A stretch of DNA of 64,000 nucleotides from Trichosphaerium sp. ATCC 40318. Taxonomy: Eukaryota; Protista; Tubulinea. The position numbers and the translations under genes are program-made. The notes under the pieces were generated by a model, which saw nothing but the letters and a program-made list of their open reading frames with translations, had not been told where the DNA came from and did no database searches. Every line of letters begins with the position of its first letter. Positions within the stretch are counted from its first letter, which is position 1. The stretch spans positions 248,001 to 312,000 of the forward strand of contig JALMLS010000138.1 in NCBI GenBank assembly GCA_038496445.1. Reading direction: 5' to 3'. Below, in pieces: positions 1-13,105 of the stretch.

Positions 1-453
1 GTATCAACAAACCAGATGTGTCTTTTGTTGACAACAAGGTACTGACAGTGAGATCTTCAGTATTAGTTTTTATTTACAATTTGTACTTTTAAGGGTGCAC
101 CTATTGGACATGATTTATCAAGTACTGAATCATCTCCACAATTACCTAATGTAGATGTATTGAAAACTGTATGAATTATGTATTGCATTTGTTTGACTAA
201 CACTTCATATATCTAGAATCCGATGCCAAGAACACCCGAAAGAAAAGAAAAATCAAGTACTCAAATTGAGTGGGCGAGTGTTTTGATATCAGCAGGGCTT
301 GGCAAGTCAAGAGCACAACATTTTGGATCGAAAATGAATCGTGCGTGTTTTGAATTGAATGATGTCACAGGCAAGGTTATGAAAAGACTTGGATTCGATC
401 CTTTAGAGCGTCTTGACTTTATTGAGTACCAAGACAAACAACTGCAATTGTGA
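1..453 (+). CDS. 3' end of an intron-containing gene, hypothetical protein (truncated by window edge)
   Basis: Short exons with GT..AG boundaries lead into ORF 223-453 (TGA), followed by AATAAA; no family recognised. Confidence 0.45.
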
Positions 454-556
454 ACATGTTGTTGAAATAAATATAGTCTATTTAGTATATGCCAGTTTTG
501 TTAAAGCGATAGCAGCGGTCTGATTGTATTATCTTGTATCATATGATATTATTTGA

Positions 557-1089
557 CTACAAGGTGGACGCATACGATATCTTCAGTAAATGCCTTAACA
601 CCTCAGTGACAAGAGGCAACAAAACTCGCTGCACTGCATACAACAATCCGTGATTTCTGATAAAAATTCGAAGCCATGTATCACTAAAGATGTAGTATAA
701 TACCAATCCTAAACACATGGGTTTCTTTGCGCCATGTGTATAGTCAGCAAATGCAATTGCAAATAAATAGGCATTGAAACAAGTCAATAGAATGAAAAGA
801 GTGCTTGGTTCATCAGTTGAAGGTGGATTGGACATCATTGGGAGATGATACCGGTGCTTCTATTGGTGGAGATATTAGTGGTGTTGTTGGAACAACCCGT
901 TGTCGGTAGTGTTATTTTGTGAGGCCAATAAAACAGTTGTAAATATACTAGTATGTTGCCATTGTATTCATCGGTTATTGTTGCTTTGGTACCTGGCTTA
1001 CAGTAGCTTTAACCTTCAGAACAATTGTTCGCAATGGTATGAGACACCATGAGTAGAACGAGAAATAGAGAAATATCAATGATCATCAT
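557..1089 (-). pseudogene. Possibly decayed membrane protein gene (signal peptide, Pro/Thr-rich stretch, hydrophobic segments)
   Basis: MMIIDISLFLVLLMVSHTIANNCSEG then an in-frame TAA; the PTTPLISPPIEAPVSS stretch is in a different frame from the hydrophobic ORF 557-838. Confidence 0.3.
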
Positions 1090-1656
1090 CAGAAAGAGTT
1101 GTTGTTGCGCTTGTTGTTGATTTGAAATTTTAATCAATCTCGTCTAAGTGGAGCAATATGCAACGTGGAAGAGAACGTCTGTCTTGTTTGTGTAGTTGGC
1201 CTCGGCGTGATGTTTTGTTAAGAGTTACTATTATTTGAAGAAGTTACTTTGCAATTATGTGTTGTATACCACTGTTTGGTCATAAGAAAGATCAATCTTC
1301 TTACGGCTCAATAGGAAGTTGCAACTTGTTGGTTTATAGCCAAATTTTATTTTTTCACAAGTAGTTAGAATAGTTAAAATTAAGGACGACCAATACGGGA
1401 TGCACGTTTTAGGGCTTTGATACCTTCATCAGTTACTAAAGTGTAACGTTACAATTAAATTGTATGTCGCGTGATAATACACATTTTTAGTATGTCGCTT
1501 TTGGTGGTTGTGTGATCTTGTTTTTTAGTGTAGAAATAAATTCAAACTGGTAATACGGTTTTATTCTAAGACTTCAGCTTGATAAAAATCTTACAGGTCG
1601 CCTTTGGTAAGACATTTGCTACTCTTGATAGATGGATTTATTCAAATTGACAATGA

Positions 1657-2561
1657 TTATTCGATGGTGCTGGCAAACTCAAAGAAAGCTTTGTGTGCTT
1701 CTTTGTACACAGGATCTTTCTTGACTTTTTTGAACAAAGAAGCAATCTTTTTAGGAAGAGCTTCCTTGTATCCAGTACCAATAGCTTGAGCAAGAGAAAC
1801 ACAAAGAGTATAATCAGCCATGGATACAGAGTATCCAACCAAGAAACGTGAGTTCTTGAAGTAGTTCTTTTCATAGAACGCTAGCTAAACAGACGGTAAG
1901 AAAGAAAAAGGAAACACAACAACAAGGTTGGTAAAAATATACCTCAGCTTGTAGTTTATCAGTGATCTCTTTCAGCTTTTTAGGACATGACTCTCTTGGA
2001 TTTGGCCCTTTAGAAACAAAGTAATTCTCAACAGCAAACTCATTACAGGTGTTGAAGATATCACTACGAATAGATTCATATGCAGAGTCGATCTAAAAAA
2101 AAAACTGCCTTAGAAATAGTTTCACAAAACGTGATATTGCGTTTTAATAAATTCATTCGTAAAAGTTTGTAAACATACTGGAGCCAATGCTACTGCATTG
2201 TTTATAGGGTAAACAGGAGACGGATTCTGAATACTAAAATACCTATTTTTAGGAGTAAGCATTAAAATTATTATTTGTAAAGAGAAAATGTGCTCTTGTG
2301 TCACCTGAGAATAGCACTTGAGTCACGGACAACAACATCTCCTTCAGTTACAGATGGTACTTGGTGTTTTGGATTTATTTTCAAATAAGCTTCTTGTTTA
2401 TGCTCACCGTTGGCTAAATCTACAGGCTAAGAGATGGTTAGATCTCATTGTTCCTTGTCACAGCTTAGTACCTTGAGAGTTATGTCGGCGCCAGTGGCAA
2501 GAGCACCAATGTGAGCAATACGACACGGAGCAGATAGAAAAAGGTAGTGGATAGTAGCCAT
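1657..2561 (-). CDS. Glutathione S-transferase (theta/delta-like), copy A, apparently intact
   Basis: Spliced: MATIHYLFLSAPCRIAHIGALATGADITLK|PVDLANGEHKQEAYLKINPKHQVPSVTEGDVVVRDSSAILR...THVSWLDTLYPWLII frame replaced by FLVGYSVSMADY in the last exon; GST N-domain (INP..QVP, SSAI) and C-terminal S-x-AD motif. Confidence 0.85.
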
Positions 2562-3775
2562 TGAGGTTATAGTTTGAGATAATGATCCGGTCACGTCAAG
2601 TCAGAAAGACGGAACAATTCTTAAAAAGGAAAGTCAGCCGAGGTTTTTTCTTAAAATGCCCGCAATGTAAGAATATATATTCCTCGGTTTCTCTTAAATG
2701 TAAACCGATATTAAGGACAAATACTTTACTGTAATACATTGTCTTTGAAGGCATTAAAATGATGGGTGATCGAAAACCAGTTTTGATATTTCATAATTCA
2801 AATAAAAAAACAACAATAAACGAAGTTACAAATAAAAAAAAGTTGTGTGAGACATTGGGTCACAGTGGCAAAGGCTTAACAACTTATATGTGCAGTGACT
2901 ATTGGGAAACTTCCCCTAAAAATAGTATAACGTGTTTTTTTAGAAACTTGAAATCACGTGACATGTTTGAAGTGAAACATAGCTAAGAGTTACTGTTTAT
3001 CGTTCCTACCTGAAATAGCACATTGTAACTTTTCAAAAAGCCACTGTATCAGTAGCAAGCATAAGACTTACGCAATCACTTTCCGGTCACAGGAACACAT
3101 CATTGCGATAGGTTACATACTACTTAACTGCAAACCATCTAAAAACCTAGCTTTGCTGTTGATAGTTCTGAATAAAACCTGATGCTCTTACAGTTGGCAT
3201 ATTGGTTGTAGCTAAAACACTCAAGGTACATGTCCACACCAAGTATTACCTGACGGTATTGCTGTTTGCCTGATTATCCTTCCTTGATACCACAATCCTT
3301 CACATGCGTTCCCTGTATACCACATATCCTTTACGTTTCTTTTTCTATTTGTACCTTTGTAGCCACACAGTTATTGGTACGCCTGTCAAGGTTACACAAC
3401 ACACGATACATATTGAAGTAGGATGAGATACTCCATTATAATAGAGAACTGAAATCTACAAATTTACAGTTAATGACGTTTTTCAAACCAGGTTTACATA
3501 CAATAATCTGTCATATTTACAAAGTCTTTTTTTTATTTGAATATTGAAATATCAAAACTGGTTTTCGATCACCCATCATTTAATGCCTTCAAAGACAATG
3601 TATTACAGTAAAATATTTGTCTTTAATATCGGTTTACATTTAAGAGAAACCGAGGAATATATATTCTTACATTGCGGGCATTTTAAGAAAAAACCTCGGC
3701 TGACTTTCCTTTTTAAGAATTGTTCCGTCTTTCTGACTTGATGTGACTGGATCATTATCTCAAACTATAACCTCA

Positions 3776-4665
3776 ATGGCTACTATCCACTACCTTTTTC
3801 TATCTGCTCCATGTCGTATTGCTCACATTGGTGCTCTTGCCACTGGCGCCGACATAACTCTCAAGGTACTAAGCTGTGACAAGGAACAATGAGATCTAAC
3901 CATCTCTTAGCCTGTAGATTTAGCCAAGGTGAGCATAAACAAGAAGCTTATTTGAAAATAAATCCAAAACACCAAGTACCATCTGTAACTGAAGGAGATG
4001 TTGTTGTCCGCGACTCAAGTGCTATTCTTAGGTGACACAAGAGCACATTTTCTCTTTACAAATAATAATTTTAATCTTACACCTAAAAATAGGTATTTTA
4101 GTATTCAGAATCCGTCTCCTGTTTACCCTATAAACAATGCAGTAGCATTGGCTCCAGTACGTTTACAAACTTTTACGAATGACTTATTTAAAACGCAATA
4201 TCACGTTTTTTGAAGTGGACTAAAGCTGTTTTTTAGATCGACTCTGCATACGAATCTATTCGTAGTGATATCTTCAACACCTGTAATGAGTTTGCTGTTG
4301 AGAATTACTTTGTTTCTAAAGGGCCAAATCCAAGAGAGTCATGTCCTAAAAAGCTGAAAGAGATCACTGATAAACTACAAGCTGAGGTATATCGACCTTG
4401 ATTTTGTTTTTCTTTTTTTTTCTTACAATCTGTTTAGTTAGCGTTCTATGAAAAGAACTACTTCAAGAACTCACGTTTCTTGGTTGGATACTCTGTATCC
4501 ATGGCTGATTATACTCTTTGTGTTTCTCTCGCTCAAGCTATTGGTACTGGATACAAGGAAGCTCTTCCTAAAAAGATTGCTTCTTTGTTCAAAAAAGTCA
4601 AGAAAGATCCTGTGTACAAAGAAGCACACAAAGCTTTCTTTGAGTTTGCCAGCACTATCGAATAA
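3776..4665 (+). pseudogene. Glutathione S-transferase copy B with a 1-bp frameshift in exon 2 (pseudogene or assembly error)
   Basis: Copy A reads GCC AAC GGT GAG; copy B reads GCC AAG GTG AGC...ATT TGA (a C is missing near 3928), giving an early stop. Confidence 0.65.
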
Positions 4666-5516
4666 TCATTGTCAATTTCAATAAATCCATCTATCAAGAG
4701 TAGCAATTGAAAGGCGAGTTTATATTGCCTAACAAATGTGTTTTGTAAGCTATTCCTCCATCAGTTATCATCCAACCTACTGCAGTTATTGAACATGTAT
4801 TGACAATCTGTCAAATATGCAGACATAATAATTGTGAACCTTTTGCCTATCCTCGTCATGAAATATAGTCATCTCAGGTTGCGTCCGTGTTATAAGAGCC
4901 TCGTAATTACCAAGCAAGGTACTGTCATAAACGCTGTGGCAGGATGTTAATCTGAGAAGAAAAACTTGTGCGTAAACAATTTACTAAGCGCTACCTGCGC
5001 TACCACGAGCAAACTCACAACATCAAACTATAGTAACGAAAACGTCCACAGAAAAGCCAAATACGCATCACGCTAGTGTCGGCTTGTAAACACCAGTAAT
5101 TAAAAGTGAAACACAACATGATGTATTTTTGGTGTTTAAAATCACGTGTTACAAAGCAGTAGCTATTTGTACACCACAATATCAGTATTCTTCTGTTAAA
5201 CTAGCCAACCAAACACCTCATACATACACGTCATCCTACACATGAGGATCTCAGAAAACTCGAAAAATTTCAAAACCACAAACACAAAATTGCTTTTTAG
5301 GCGAAAGGAGAAAGTGTCATAATGTGAAACCTGAAGACGGTTTTTGAGACAAAATGCAATTTATGCTTAGATTACTTGTTTGAAAATAAAAAAGATGCCC
5401 TCAGCACTTATGTACGGTTATAAAATTGATAATTATGAAAACTTAACTATTTTTGTCGATTTTAGGCTAATGCGCTCAAAAAACCCTTATTCACTCAATA
5501 ACACATCAAACACGCC

Positions 5517-6629
5517 ATGAAGAATATCAAACTAGTTGGAAACGGAGATGGAGCAGTTGGTATGTCGTAAACAGCGAAGAGTTACTCGTTAACGCTACTA
5601 TGTGTTTATTCAGGTAAATCATGCATGCTTATAACCTATACAACCAATGTTTTCCCTGCCGGATACAGTACGGCTTATTTATCATTTTTGATGCTCATAC
5701 TAGCTTAGGACCAACAATATTAGATAATTACAGGTAATGAGGGTACTCGCTTGGAGAAAACAGAAAAAAAAAAGTGCAAAAGAAAAATTGACATTATTTT
5801 TAAGCGCAAATGTAATGGTTGCAGGCAAGCCTTTCCAATTAGGTTCGTTGGATCTTTTTAACTTTATAACTTTCTGCACACTTGCCACTACTGACATTTT
5901 ATCCAAGTTTTATGGGATACACCTGGTCCTGAGGATTACAAGAGATTGAGACCTTTGAGCTATCCTGTAAGACTTGCTTGTTGACTTTGGAATGTTTCAC
6001 TTTTTTTGGTAGTAGTTTGTTTTTATTAATAGATTTTCTTCTCACGTGATTTTATTTTAGCGAACTGATGTCTTTCTTATATGCTTCAGCGTCGCTTCAA
6101 AGTCTAGTCTTAGTAATGTTGTTTCCAAGGTATATCTAAACCTTCAATGATCCTTCTTTGTTAGATTGTTTTTGCTATATTACCGACGTTATTAATTATA
6201 AATGACATAGTGGCAACCAGAAGTGCGATATCATTGCCCAAATACACCTATTGTTCTTGCAGGTCTTAAAATGGATTTACGAACAACATTAAAGAGCGAT
6301 GGAACTCCATACGATTGTGTACCAAGAGAAGAAGGTGAAAAGGTCGCCAAAGAAATTGGTGTAAGTTTTTGTATTCTTTTACTCTGCAACACACTGATTA
6401 TCATTAAGGCTATGTCTTATGTGGAATGTAGCGCTCGTACTCAAGATGGTTTACAATCAGGTATGTGTCACGAGTGGTCTTACATTCGGCTTATTTCTTC
6501 AACAAACCTTGAACGCTCCTAACTTTCTGTTCCCTTTTTGTAGCGTTCGATGAAGCAATACTTGTAGCGATGTCTGATAGTCGATACTTTTTTTACCCTC
6601 CAGAAAAAACAAGTTGTGTTGTAATGTGA
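5517..6629 (+). CDS. Rho/Rac-family small GTPase, atypical switch II
   Basis: Spliced: GDGAVGKS, YRPTILDNYS, WDTPGPEDYKRLRPLSYP, GLKMDLR, YVECSA, C-terminal CVVM (CAAX). Confidence 0.93.
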
Positions 6630-6792
6630 AATAACAGATCTTAATTAATGATCGAGGAGTAACACATAAATAGAATATGAAAACAAGTTGTGTTGTCACG
6701 TGTGAAATAAAAAATATTTCTTTTTGAACAAGAACTAGAACATAAATGAATTAACTATCTAAGCTTTATTGATGGAGTTGTTTCTAACAAAA

Positions 6793-9700
6793 CTAAAACA
6801 AGAGAGCCAATAGTGCTACTATCAATGATAGAATTACACTTGGTACAATTGATTTAGCAGATGATATATTTCTGTTCCTTGCTGAAGCTGTTGGCTCGAT
6901 TTCGAAAAAGTGAATGTTGTATCGTCTTGTATCAAACACTATCTTGACTACGTGATTACCTGTAGTTACAGTTCCTATGTTAACACCAGCCCATTTATAC
7001 TTTTGCCATCCTTTAAAAACAAAAATTATTAGGTGTACTTTAGAGCGAGAAACAAGAAAGACAAAGAAAAAAATAGGAAAAAAAAAACTAAATGCAACAG
7101 GAAGCTTACCACCAGTTGATGAAAATTGGGTTGATCCAACTTTTACGTCATCTACGAATACAGATAATGTGCTCATAACATTGTATGCAGTACCAACACG
7201 AGCATTTAGAGTGTAAGTCGTTGTTCCAGTGAACTCAACATCATAAGACAAGCTCTCACCGGCTTCAACCCAACCGACATTACAACCACCTGGAAATTCT
7301 GCGTCTCTTGCTATTTCCAAGTCAACGAGATTGCCTTCTTCTCCTGGTGCGTCACTTAGACTTTGTGGGTTTCCACATACTTGACGACCTAGAGAGAATA
7401 TTTAGGCAAAGCAAGGGAAAAAATACGATTTTCCAGTTCAGAAATAAGTACCAGAGTTTGCTGCTGTTTTGTCTATTCTTCCGACAAAGGTTTCAATTGG
7501 TATTTTACCAGGTCCTTGTATCACAGGACCTTGAGGAGGAGGTGTAGTAGCTTTTGTTGGTGCTTCAGTTGTTGGAACTCTTGTTGGACTAAGTGTTGGT
7601 TCAGGAGTAACAGTAGGGTCTAAGAACAGTCAACAAACGACATTCAGTAGTTTTCTTTTTCGTACTATTTGCGAGCTTCCAAAGTGAGCCTTGAGGATTA
7701 TTATTATCTTGAGGTCTAACGTGTACAACAGGACCGGGTCTTGGATCTACGTAGTTATCTGCACAAGGTAGTGGTCCTCTTTTAGATGCTTCCGGACTAG
7801 ACAAAAGCAGTTAGTATCAAATATTGTGTTCGTTGATGAGATACCCAGGGTCTGGAGATCCATTTGCGGGAATGCTATCCATGATACTTTGGTCCATGGT
7901 GAATATACATTTATCCATTCTAGCGCCATCTTCACGCATCTAAACAAATGTATGTAAGAACAATGAAACAAGAACCAACCAAATAAAGTGTCAGAAACAC
8001 AAACAAACATACCCAGAGGTTAAAAACGTAGTCTCCAGCTGTTTCGAAGTTGTATGTTTTAGGAGCTGGATTTGGTCTTGGAGCCCATTTCCATCCGAAA
8101 GTTATTCCAGGTACGCCTCCAGGACCTATTCAAACACGTTAACACACGACTAAAATCAGAAACAAAGAAGTGAGTTTTTAGTACTTTGGTGAACACCGTT
8201 TACACCCCAATGGAATGAGTCATCGCCACAGCAACGTCCTCTTCCACGACAAATAAATTGATATACTCCAGGAGTATTAATCTAGCAAACATTAATGCCA
8301 CTGAAACAAAAAAATAAAGGTCTATTAAAGACATACCTTTATGTTGTAGTCTAGTCTTGGAGAACCATCAGTTGGAACTGCGAATTGATTTTTCTCATCG
8401 ACTACCATTACAAGACCTCTTGCGCCTTAAGGTACACTTGTTAGTTCAAATATAAAGGCTTTCAATGAGAGGCACATAGAAAAAAGCAACAATCTGGGCA
8501 AGCGAAGATAGGACTGTGCGAACAACGTACTAGCGTCTTTTTCAGTGACTGGAATCCATTTGATGGTTTTAGTTGGGTCCGCTGGATTAGGTACAGTCAC
8601 ATTATTATCGAATACCTCGAGTTCAATGATAAGTGTTCCGCCTTCTTCTTCGTAGTAAGAGCATGGATCCTGAAAGATAAAAAAGTAAGAAAAAAGAATA
8701 CGTTTCTTCATCAGATTCTTCTCGTACAGGTGGAGGTGGTTTCGTATCACCAGGAGCAGGAACAGGCGCATCTGTGAGTGTCATTATTTGAACATGTGAA
8801 ACAGATTTTGAGTAGAAGTAAGGTCGTCTTCTGTCATCTGGATCATCTTTGTACAGAGTTGGATCCCAAACATGTACCTAAGTACTTGATAAGTTTCCTC
8901 TTTTCTATAAACTCAAATTAATATGTACCCAAGATATATCGCCATTTGGTAGTTGTTGGAATACATCTAGTTAGATATGAGTAACAACAACGAAGAAATA
9001 AAACAAGAAAAAAAGAAGAAATGAACGAACCATTTCTAAGTGAGAAGTATGCTGTTCTTGTAATGTCTTGAGGTCCACGTTGGAATTCTCCAGCTAAACG
9101 CATAATTAAGGATGTGATAAAAGCATTACAAGGTGATAAGGCGTACCTTCATTGATTTCAGCAACGTAGTAGTGTTTTGGTCCTGTAACAATACGTTCAC
9201 CAGGTGTTGTGTACCAAAACAACAAGTAGTTTGATCGTTTATACTTAATTAAACGTGCACCACGAGCCCATTTTATATCGTAATCGGTGATAAAAGTGCG
9301 TTCAAGAATATTACCATCAACATCAAGCTAAAAAACAGTATTTTTAGTAAAACAACATTGGATGAAGAAAAAGTTGGATGGTGAAAACAATAGAGAAAGT
9401 TGTTTTTTTACCTTCAACATAGCAATATCTGTTCCATCATTATCGTAGTCTTTGAAAATACCATAATTGTCGTAACGCGGAGCGCAGAATGTCAATAAGA
9501 AAGCGTCACCAGCATGGTTCATGATGATATCACCTGAGAAGTAAACAATTAGCCAAGCAAAAAACCCAATTTTTCTATTTGTACCAAACGCGTTTTCAAT
9601 CCTAACGTTATGACTGATATGGTTGTACAATGAAGGATCAGAACCTTGAGAACCTGTTTTACCAGGATTGATAACAACCATTGTATTGAGATCGCCCAAA

Positions 9701-11365
9701 TGGACTTAAAAATAGCAGTTAGAAACAGAACTTGTTCTAGAAAACAAAGACGGTTTGATAGTTGTTGGCGTTTTGTTACCTGGTAGAAGATTTCCTGAGT
9801 TTGGATCAGTACCGATTCTCATATCAACAGGGTGACCGTTACCACCTTAACCATTAAATATTAGCTGATAATAATGGAAGAAGGGAGTTGTGAGCACGTA
9901 CCCCAACATTTACCATACACTTCAGGTGTTGGTGTTGGTATGCCGCCTCCATACTGGATATTGCGTGAAGGATCAAACGTAGGTGGTCCATCAACTGAAA
10001 AGTATCTCCAGCTTCCACCTTCATGACCAACTGTTCCAGGGAAAGCACCTTTGAATAGTCAGTAAAAAACAGAAAAAAAAAGACGTGGGAAACAATGAAT
10101 ACATACATGAAGGTACTCTTCCTGATACAGGACTAAAAGCAAGGTATGATGGTCCTCTTCCATAAAGATTTGGTGAAAAAGCGAGTCTTGATTCACCTGA
10201 TAACCTATGGGAACAAAAGTAAGCCACCGAAGGAAAAAATCACGGAGAAACGGAATAAAAGCTATTCTCTGAAGTAAAAAGCGTGGATAAAGCATCACCG
10301 TTTTTGCTGTTTCAAGTTAAAGAATACTTTTTCAGGAAATGTTTTGATATTTTAAAACGTACCATTGCCATCCGCCAATTCTGTCGTCAATAATCTCATC
10401 TTTTATTAGGTCACCATTTACGTTGTATTTACGGAACTTCAAAAGCTTCCATTCTGGATCAGGGTTTGCTGACGGATCTTCATATCTTGTGTACATCATA
10501 GCCATAGATCCATCATCATGCATGACGAAACCAGCAGGTCTTCTTGGGTTTACGTCATCGAGCTTGAGATCGCTCTAAAAAAAAAACAAAAGTAAGTCAG
10601 AATTCTCTTTGTATCATAACAATCGAACTGCAAACGCTGCCAACCAAAGCACATTGATGCTGGTTTGTGTAACGATGAAGTTAAGATCCGAAAACAGACT
10701 ACAATCTAAAAAATTGGAAAAACAAAAAGATTCACTTATTTAATTCTTTGGTTCAAAAAAAGTTCTTTTTTAGCGTTGTCTGTGTGCATGTTGTGTACCT
10801 TGAATGACCACACTCCGTTTGCGTCAACAGTAAACTTTGATAAATGTAAAGAGCGAGGATCAGTGTTCCCTTGCGCATTACAACAAGGATAAGAGCCTTG
10901 TCCGTAGAACAAAACAGCGTCATTTGTGTTTGGTATCATTCTGAAAAACATTGGCGCTGCAACGCCTGTATATCCAAGCCTTCAAATACATAACGTTAGT
11001 TTAACCCAAATTAGAATTAAAAGCCCGCCTACGAAAAATCGGAAAGCGAAAAAAAACCCAAAAATTTTATCACGTGTTTTCCTGAAAAACCTATTTATTC
11101 TGACTACTCGCTTACAAGCTAGTCTTTCGCTTCATAATTTATTACGCAACATAAATTAGATTTCCGATTATGTGACGTACTGTATAGCAGAAGTCCATCT
11201 GTAAACGCTACTATCCCATAAAACTCCAGGACCAGCAGGAATATCAATTTGCGAGACAGTAATATCAAATGGGTCGCGCCACTCAGGGTACGGGTTTTGA
11301 CCGCCAACAAGCCCAACAAGCGCAATGAGCAGTACTGGTAAGAGTACAGCACTACAGCTTTTCAT
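6793..11365 (-). CDS. Large secreted, probably GPI/membrane-anchored protein with carbohydrate-binding modules (C-terminal CBM6-like)
   Basis: Signal peptide MKSCSAVLLPVLLIALVGLVGG; multi-exon N-terminal domain; middle module with DDSFHWGVNG and MREDGARMDK; Pro/Thr linkers; PGKIPIETF...GGCNVGWVEAGESLSYDV...TGGWQKY (CBM6-type); hydrophobic C-terminus. Confidence 0.8.
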
Positions 11366-13105
11366 GAGAGTCGCTTTCTGTGGTTTGTTTGTGTTAAAAA
11401 AATTGAAAAAGAAAAGGTACAAAAAATTGTGTTTGTCCACGATTAAATGTGCGTTACTAGCGCTCAGTTCTAACCTCGAGGTATTTCGAGTTACATACGA
11501 GTACTATACATATGGGGTAGCAAGGGAAAATATACGTGGAGAGGACGCAAGCGAATTACAGAAAACTAAAATATTTTGGTTTGGAGAATTGTGACATTGG
11601 GTATTTTGTTCTCGCTTTATATCCTTGTAGTTTGGAAGGTTAGACGCATTCAAATATTTTGTCTTGACAAAATAATCGCTTTCTATTGAGTACACTGACG
11701 TGTAACGCGAAAATAATAAACAACAGGATGGAGAGCAAAGAATGAAGTTATCGAAAGTCGTGTTTGTCTCTAAAAAAGATTTACGCCACACAAAGGGTTA
11801 GAGACATACTAGATGTCTTTCTCACACGCCTGATGCTGCTTAAAAGCTTATTAAACACAATGCTAAGATGCTGTCAAGTGGGTACAAGCAACCTAATCAT
11901 GTTCTACCTAACCATCTCACAAAATAAACGTCACGTTGTGGAAAACGTGACTTCAGGTACTTTTTCCAGTTGGCTCTATTATCCAGCATTTGCACTGAAG
12001 AAAACGCTAACACATAGGTCCGGAACGTGGCTAACTAGAGTGCTCCAAATCAACTCATTATTTGACTTTATTTATTACAGTGGGTACTGCAAATAACTTC
12101 CATTTAGGATACTAAAGTGGCTACAATAGCGTATAACTATAGTTCAATAATCCTCATAACCATTCAAGGGTGATTTGACAAACGAGGTTTGATTGATTTT
12201 TGCTTCCTATTTTCCGTTTTTCATACGAAGTGTATTTGATTCCTGTTCACCTCTTATGGCCTTTTCACCAGCAAACCCTACTATGTACCCAATTGTTACT
12301 TCTGCTCCTACTGAAGATAAAGTATGGTTTGCTGTTCTTATTATTATGGCTGCTGTTGTTGGTACGCGTCTATTTATCAAAAGATATTGATTTCCTCTTT
12401 GCAACGAGTTGATTTCTTCTAATTACACGACGAAACACGTAACGTTACAAATCAAATATAATTTTTTTACGAACTTGGAGATCGCACTAAGGCTCCTCTT
12501 TACGTGGAGTGGCACAGGTTTTTTAAAAGCGATTTTCAGTTGGAGAAACAACTTTCTCAAAATTTTGATAAATATCACTCAAACAATATATGTCTAGACG
12601 TGTAAACGCTGACCCATTGCATAGGAACTAGCTGTTTTGTGTTTTTCATCTTTAGTTGTTACATGATGAGAAGATCTCAACCCGCAGCAGGTACGTGGAT
12701 AGGCATCTTTTGATTGAGTACTAATACAATTGTCTTGGTAGATGTAGTCAATAGCGATAACATAGATGTCGAACTTGGTGATACACGTATTACAGGTGTG
12801 CACCAATATAAGAGGTGAACGATATGGATGATGTGATATAACTGCTTGATGTAAATAATCTAACATAAATACATCTTCGTTGTCTTTATCTTTTTACGTC
12901 TTATTGTATTCACGTGACTATTTTTACCGTTAAAAAAGTGTTGATACTGAGCCACGTTTCCTTTGGTTGCTAGTCTGATAACAACATACATAGAAAGGTA
13001 ACGTACAGTTGTACATACTGTTGTAGCCTTATTGTGCACTAAGTACGAACGGTTCTTTAAGGGTTCCTTAAGTCGCTTTATCAGTTGAACTAAACAAGGA
13101 AAACA

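Larger units (their letters stand above)
1615..4708. repeat. Inverted duplication of about 1.2 kb arms (about 1615-2810 and 3526-4708) around a spacer of about 0.7 kb
   Basis: Arms are near-perfect reverse complements including promoter, most intron sequence and 3'UTR; mirrored ORFs 1657-1842(-) and 4480-4665(+) translate identically. Confidence 0.95.

Noticed and set aside
2811-3525. Spacer of the GST palindrome has minus-strand exon-like bits (GLWYQGRI)
   Set aside because: Every frame I tried hits stops; no coherent gene model.
1615-4708. GST inverted arms as transposon terminal inverted repeats
   Set aside because: The arms are whole host genes; no transposase or target-site duplication seen.
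12193-12412. Exon-like segment with a TM helix and GTACGC donor
   Set aside because: Could not link it to flanking exons; insufficient support for a gene call.
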